A DNA stretch of 64,000 nt. Source: Octopus vulgaris (lineage: Eukaryota). The position numbers and the translations under genes were made by a program. Below the pieces are notes generated by a model. That model saw only the letters and a program-made list of their open reading frames with translations. It had not been told where the DNA came from and did no database searches. The DNA lies in the NCBI GenBank assembly GCA_951406725.2, contig OX597834.1:496001-560000 (forward strand), written 5' to 3'. Positions 58,570 through 64,000 of this stretch are shown here, one piece after another (positions within the stretch are counted from its first letter, which is position 1; each line of letters begins with the position of its first letter).

Positions 58570-59074
58570 CAATGAGGGTTATCCGAGGCGTGGTTATTGC
58601 TAGTTGAAAATTATTATTATTATTATTATTTCGTTGCAGTTGCTTTTCGTTACAAGAAGCAGAAGAAGTCTTCCTGCTTTGCTGCTAGTTTTTCCTCTTT
58701 CGTCACTCATCCTCTGCCATTTTATGCTTTTTACTATTTGATCGGTTTATTTATTTGTAATCGACCGCAATTTTCGGATTGAAATAAATCAATTGAAATA
58801 AATAAAATTATAAAAAACGGGAAACTGAAATTAAATCGAAGTGATGTCCTTTATTTATTGAGGTTTTTGTTTGTGTCTTTGAAAATCACCGTCATTTTCA
58901 GCTGTATGTTATGCATCTCTCACCCCGCATCTGCCCTGCCCCACTTCACACTCCATCTATTCTCTCTAATTAATTCCAGTTTTACCGTCACCAACAAATA
59001 TTCAAAGAAATTTTTCTCATCGACTCACGGAAAATGCCTCCACTATTTAAAATATTTGCGACGTGAATCTTCGA

Positions 59075-60195
59075 ACGGTGGATCGGTAGAATCTTTGGAA
59101 CATCAGATAACATTTGGTAGAATCTTTGGAAGTATGGAGATAATGCCTTGCGGTATTTAGTTAGTGCCTGTTACATTCTGTGTTCTAACCATACCGAGAT
59201 CATGTTTATCTTTCGACTTGCCGGGGTCGATAAAATAAGGGACCAGTTAAAATATTGGCCTCGATTTAATCGGATAATACCCACGTCTCCTAGACTTCTC
59301 CATACAAGGGAGTAGGGTTGAGAATTTCGAACCAATATTTTTGTGCTGGTTGCATTTTAAGGGTCGATGAAGATGAAAACCTTTATGGCGTCAGTAATCC
59401 TGAGGAACAGCGACTTTCAGGTATTAAAGACCTTCAACGACATAACAGTGCAACAATGCCGCAGAAATCCTGTAATTAAGGAGACATGAGTTGCGTTCGT
59501 TATAAGGACCGGTACATGTATAATTAATGGTCGCTCGCATATGTGAATTAAACAAGTTGAATTGAAATAAACTTTGAGAATATAAAGTGACATTTTTTAA
59601 AAGCTCGCCCGTCGCTACGTTCTGCGTTCAAATTCCGCCGAGGTCGACTTTGCCTTTCATCCTTTCGGTGTCGATAAAATAAGCGCCAGTTACGTACTAG
59701 GGTCGATCTAATCGACTAATCCCTTCCCCTAAAAGGCCTTGTGTCTTTAATAGAGATGATTATCAGTATTATTGTAAGGTAGTGAATTGCCAGAATCGTT
59801 AGCACGCCGGGCGAAAAGCTTTGTGGAATTTCGTTCGTTCTTACTTTCTGACTTAAAATTCCGCCGAGCTCGACTTTGCCTTTCGTCCCTTCGGGATTGA
59901 TAAATACCAGCTGAGCACTGGGATCGATGTAATCGACTTACCAACTGCCTCGAAATTGCTGGCCTTGTGCCAAATTTGAAACCATTATTATTAGTAGTAA
60001 AGGTGGTGCGCTGGCAGAACCGTTAGCGCGTCGTACAAAATGCTTATCAGTATTTCTTCCGTTGTCATGTTCTGAGTTCAAATGGTCGAATTTACTTTTC
60101 ATCCTTTCGAGGTCGATGAGATAACTTCCTGTTAAGACCTGGGGTCGTTGTAATTGACTAGCCCCCTCTCCCAAATAATTCAGGCCTATTGTAGA
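59075..60195 (+). mobile_element. Cluster of four same-orientation SINE family D copies (~59075-59290, 59604-59745, 59776-59985, 59999-60195)
   Basis: Repeated AAGG.GG.G.GCTGGCAGAA.CGTTAGC head, GTTCAAATTCC B-box and GGTCGACTTTGCCTTTCATCCTTTCGG.GTCGATAAAATAAG core. Confidence 0.8.
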
Positions 60196-62246
60196 AATAA
60201 CTATTCTGTTTGACACGACATATGGCTAAGTGTTCCGCTTTTAACAACCTTAACTATAGAAAGAAATAGCCAACCACAATGAAACAAGTTCGAGTGTTAC
60301 CCTTTTAGTGATCTTAAGAATGGGACGATATAATCCAAATCTTTAACATAATGCAGTAAGTTTTTGGAAGGTCCATAAATCTAGACATAAAAAAAACAAA
60401 GACGGGAATATGTTTTGCGAGTTAAGTATAATTCCTTTGGTTCAATACCTTATCATTAAATAAATCATATAAAACAATTAACCGACTATCGATTTCCACA
60501 TTGGCACAAGGCCATGCAGTTTGAGAGAGCATGCAGTCGATTATATTGAACCTCTGAGGGAGGGAAGTCAACTTTATAAACGAAACAAATCTAACATAAG
60601 CATTGAACAGAGAATAGTTTTTAACTCCTTCGTATCATTAATCTATCAATTGATATATTTTATGTCAAACTGCAGTCACGCTGACTTTTTCAAAAGACAT
60701 CCACTAAATCAGGAACATCAATTTTTAATTCTACCATAAATCAGATAGACTACATACATTAAGGAAATCAGATCTAGAAAACATTTTGAGATTTTAGTTA
60801 CAATCAAACTTCAAGGCACAAACCTTGATTAATCAGAATTACTGATTTGTTGCCTTAAATTCTATTAAAATATTCTTAACGATTCTTCTAAACGATTCTT
60901 CTATCAGTTGGCTGTGAATAAGTTATCTTACACATACAAACAAAAAACTGATTAGCGCCAGGTGTAAAATAGTAGTATTAACTCGTAATACGATATCACC
61001 CGTTTTAAATAATAAAGATTCGTATCAACTCTGAACCAACGAATTTTGCCATCGTATAACTTAAATTTACGTAAATTGAGATCAATTTCTCCTATTTTGT
61101 GACACTTTTTCAGCGAATGCTACAAAGATTATACTATTCCAACCGATATTCTGCTGTACAGAGACACAGAAACGTACTTGTAATCTTGTAATAGACAGAA
61201 TGGGGAACTTTCTGCTTTCTTCTGACAGTTTATTGGTTTCTGCTAATCGTTAAACGGCGGGAAAAGGTTGCACGAACGAATGAAAAGGAAAAAATAAATT
61301 CTTGAGGGTAATTTTTATATTTATTATCACGTTAAATAAGTACAAAAACTACGAAAATGTTATTTGAATTTTCTTATGTTAACATAAAAGACAAAATGAC
61401 AATAAAATTATTTGAGCTTAAATTCATTTGAGATTTCTGCATTGTTGTTACCAAATGAATGTACAGATGGAGAAACATTGGTGCAGCTTTTCTATCCAGA
61501 GCTGGTTGAAGCATTACTTTGTTCCGTTGAGAGCATCATCATATACTTCATCTGATAATGAAGGAAAGTCAGAAAAACTTCTTCATTGCTGTACAAAAAA
61601 TATTCCATTTATGATTCGATTTCTCCCGTTGATAAGGGCCCCTTACGCTTAAGCGCATTTGACAGTTCGATGCTTGGGGTGTTAATCAATGCTGTCCAGC
61701 ATTGAAAGATTAATTAAGAAGAAGGTGAGTGGAAATGTGTTTCGAAAGAGAATTAACAACAACAGACATAAACGGAATTGGTTTTCGACTGGAGTCTTAA
61801 TACGCAAATAAATAACAACATTAAACATGGCAAGTTTGACATTAGTATCAACAGTTTCTCTGCTTTCTTATCGATTTGACTTTCAGTGAAATATGTTTTG
61901 CTGGGAATTTTCAGAGATGTCTATCTGCTTACAGATTACTCTTGTTTTTAGTAATGGATTATTCACTAAATTTCATCCATTGCTCTGTATTCTTTCAAAG
62001 TTTTCGTACATATTTCGTATTTGAAATGAAATAGGGCATCTTCTCTGTTAGATCCTAATTAAAGCTGGTTTATTTGTGTCAGTTGAGAAGGAAGGAATTG
62101 TCACCTCCAATTTATATCTGTTGCTTAATTTTAAGTAGCGATATTTATTTATGTCTTAGTAAGACTAAAACTAGCGCCAAACTAATAATATTTTGATAAA
62201 TGAATATCGAAAGTGTTTCAGAGTACTTCTAATGAAATATCAGCAT

Positions 62247-62410
62247 GCGTAGTCGACTGGTTAACGAGTTTGCCTCGCAAGTATTAGCACGCGTGGCCGA
62301 CTGGTTAACGAGTTTGCCTCGCAAGTATACAATTTCAGGTTCAATTCCACTACACATTACTTTAGGTATTCTACCATAGTCTCAGGACAATCAAAGTCTT
62401 ATGTGTGAAA
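62247..62410 (+). mobile_element. Degraded SINE family A-like head with tandem duplication
   Basis: CGACTGGTTAACGAGTTTGCCTCGCAAGTAT occurs twice, followed by GGTTCAATTCC. Other degraded A-like heads lie at ~22020-22170(-), 23905-24060(-), 24773-24910, 38660-38820, 44630-44785 and 46020-46150(-). Confidence 0.55.
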
Positions 62411-63791
62411 GTTATCAAAGTGCAGGCCATCAATAGAACTGTTCCTGTTCTTGGACGGTGACTTAATTCCTCACCTGTGCTTCGCCGCCGCACCTCCCAC
62501 CACCATCACCCTCTCGGATGCCTTTATGGAATCTACATGGTTTCAAACATTCAGGAGAAGCCTTTGGCTTGAAGTTTCTCGCACTAGTTTCAGTGGTCCC
62601 TAATACAGGACATGGGCGTTACCCCTTCTCCTCATTGAACCACTCTATTTACCCTATTTTATGGCACCGAGGGCGTTATTTTTCTGATAAAATAGATTTC
62701 GATTACTGAGCGTGTGTTTCCAACGTATCTCTCACCCATGACCTTATCTATATTAAACTTATTTTATATTTCTGTATTAAATCAGACTAAGAGATCGACG
62801 GCAGCTCACAGTGAACACAAACTTATTAACAAGAGACATTTTGGTACAATAGGGGGAAATGGTGGGACATTGTTTTAGGTTTGTTTTGGTTTCCAAATTT
62901 ACATGCCAAAGTTGGAGACGGGGGCATCTTCGAGATTGGAGCATCTCAAGGTGGTGCTCCAGCATGACAGTCCAATAAATGAAATTAGTAAAAGGATAAA
63001 AGGATCCTCATATATGGAAATGAAGTATACAGCAGTGTTTCTGATGATAGGGATCAGTACGGAGATCGGGACTTCGAAGTTTGAAAAATTGGGCGAAAAA
63101 TTTGCCATGTTTAATGAATTGAAACTATTATTGAATTTTTAAACTTTACGTCGCTTGGCAAAGAAAAAGAAATTACATGGATTTAAACTGTTTTATTTCT
63201 TATTAATAAAAAGAAAGTGTGCCAGTAGACAAAGGTCCTTAATATTTTAATGGTTGTTTCAGGGCCGCTGCTATGCAAGACAAAATTCTGTAAATTTATT
63301 TCCGCAATGAATAAAGCAAAATTTTCTGCCAAATAAAGATTAAGGTCAGTTATCCTAGAAATCCTGAGGATAGATTTTAATCTGGTTTCCATGGCAATAA
63401 AGGGACTGAGATAAGAACATTCCCCCACTGAACGATCACATTCGGCTAAATAAGCAATGTTTAAGATTTTTGTTTAAGCCGTATCTTAACGAAACCTTTC
63501 ATTGCATGAAAGATAGTTTCCATCGTAAACATTTCGCGGGGACATCGACAAATTCAGTTCTGGGTTAAGGGGTCAAATGAAGGATTTCACTTCGTGTTCG
63601 TATTAAAGTCTTTGGATAGTCATAAACACTGCAACCTTTACATTTACTAATATAACAACTTGTTTAGCGATCTCAGATGAATTAGATAGAAAAATACAAA
63701 AAACAAAACAAAAACAAAACAACAGTTTCGATTTCTGCTGAAGATTCAATAAAAGTTCCTCTCTAAGCATATTTCACAAATCAATATCAAT

Positions 63792-63829
<38 letters not shown>

Positions 63830-63835
63830 GCACGA

Positions 63836-63884
<49 letters not shown>

Positions 63885-64000
63885 TAAAGATAGAAAGGGA
63901 GCTATTAGTAGAGGACACCTTCAATACTACCAGCACAACCACCCCTGGCCACCACAACCCACCTCCACCACCCAAAAACTAAAGTGACATTGGGTGAATG

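Overview
AT-rich, microsatellite-saturated eukaryotic non-coding DNA. The tRNA-headed SINE families and repeat density suggest an octopus/coleoid cephalopod genome (inference from pattern recognition, not a search). No host protein-coding exon could be supported; almost all listed ORFs are read-throughs of simple repeats. Recognisable mobile DNA: two RTE LINE remnants (one ending in three C2H2 zinc fingers), a Ty3/Gypsy 5' LTR plus gag, a 5'-truncated Tx1-like LINE inside a (TATC)n tract plus a second Tx1 fragment, a decayed Penelope-like RT/GIY-YIG element, hAT-type MITEs, a long-TIR element and many SINEs. Two signals stand out. (1) A family of short non-coding elements (16.6-17.1 kb, 29.3-29.8 kb, 39.9-40.0 kb) carries a minimal type I hammerhead ribozyme at the tip of a long hairpin. 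The copies co-vary: different palindromic helix III sequences, and a C3U/G8A compensatory core in one copy. This looks like a retrozyme/Penelope-associated system. (2) The Gypsy primer-binding position is the exact complement of nucleotides 1-12 (the 5' end) of tRNA-Phe instead of a tRNA 3' CCA end.
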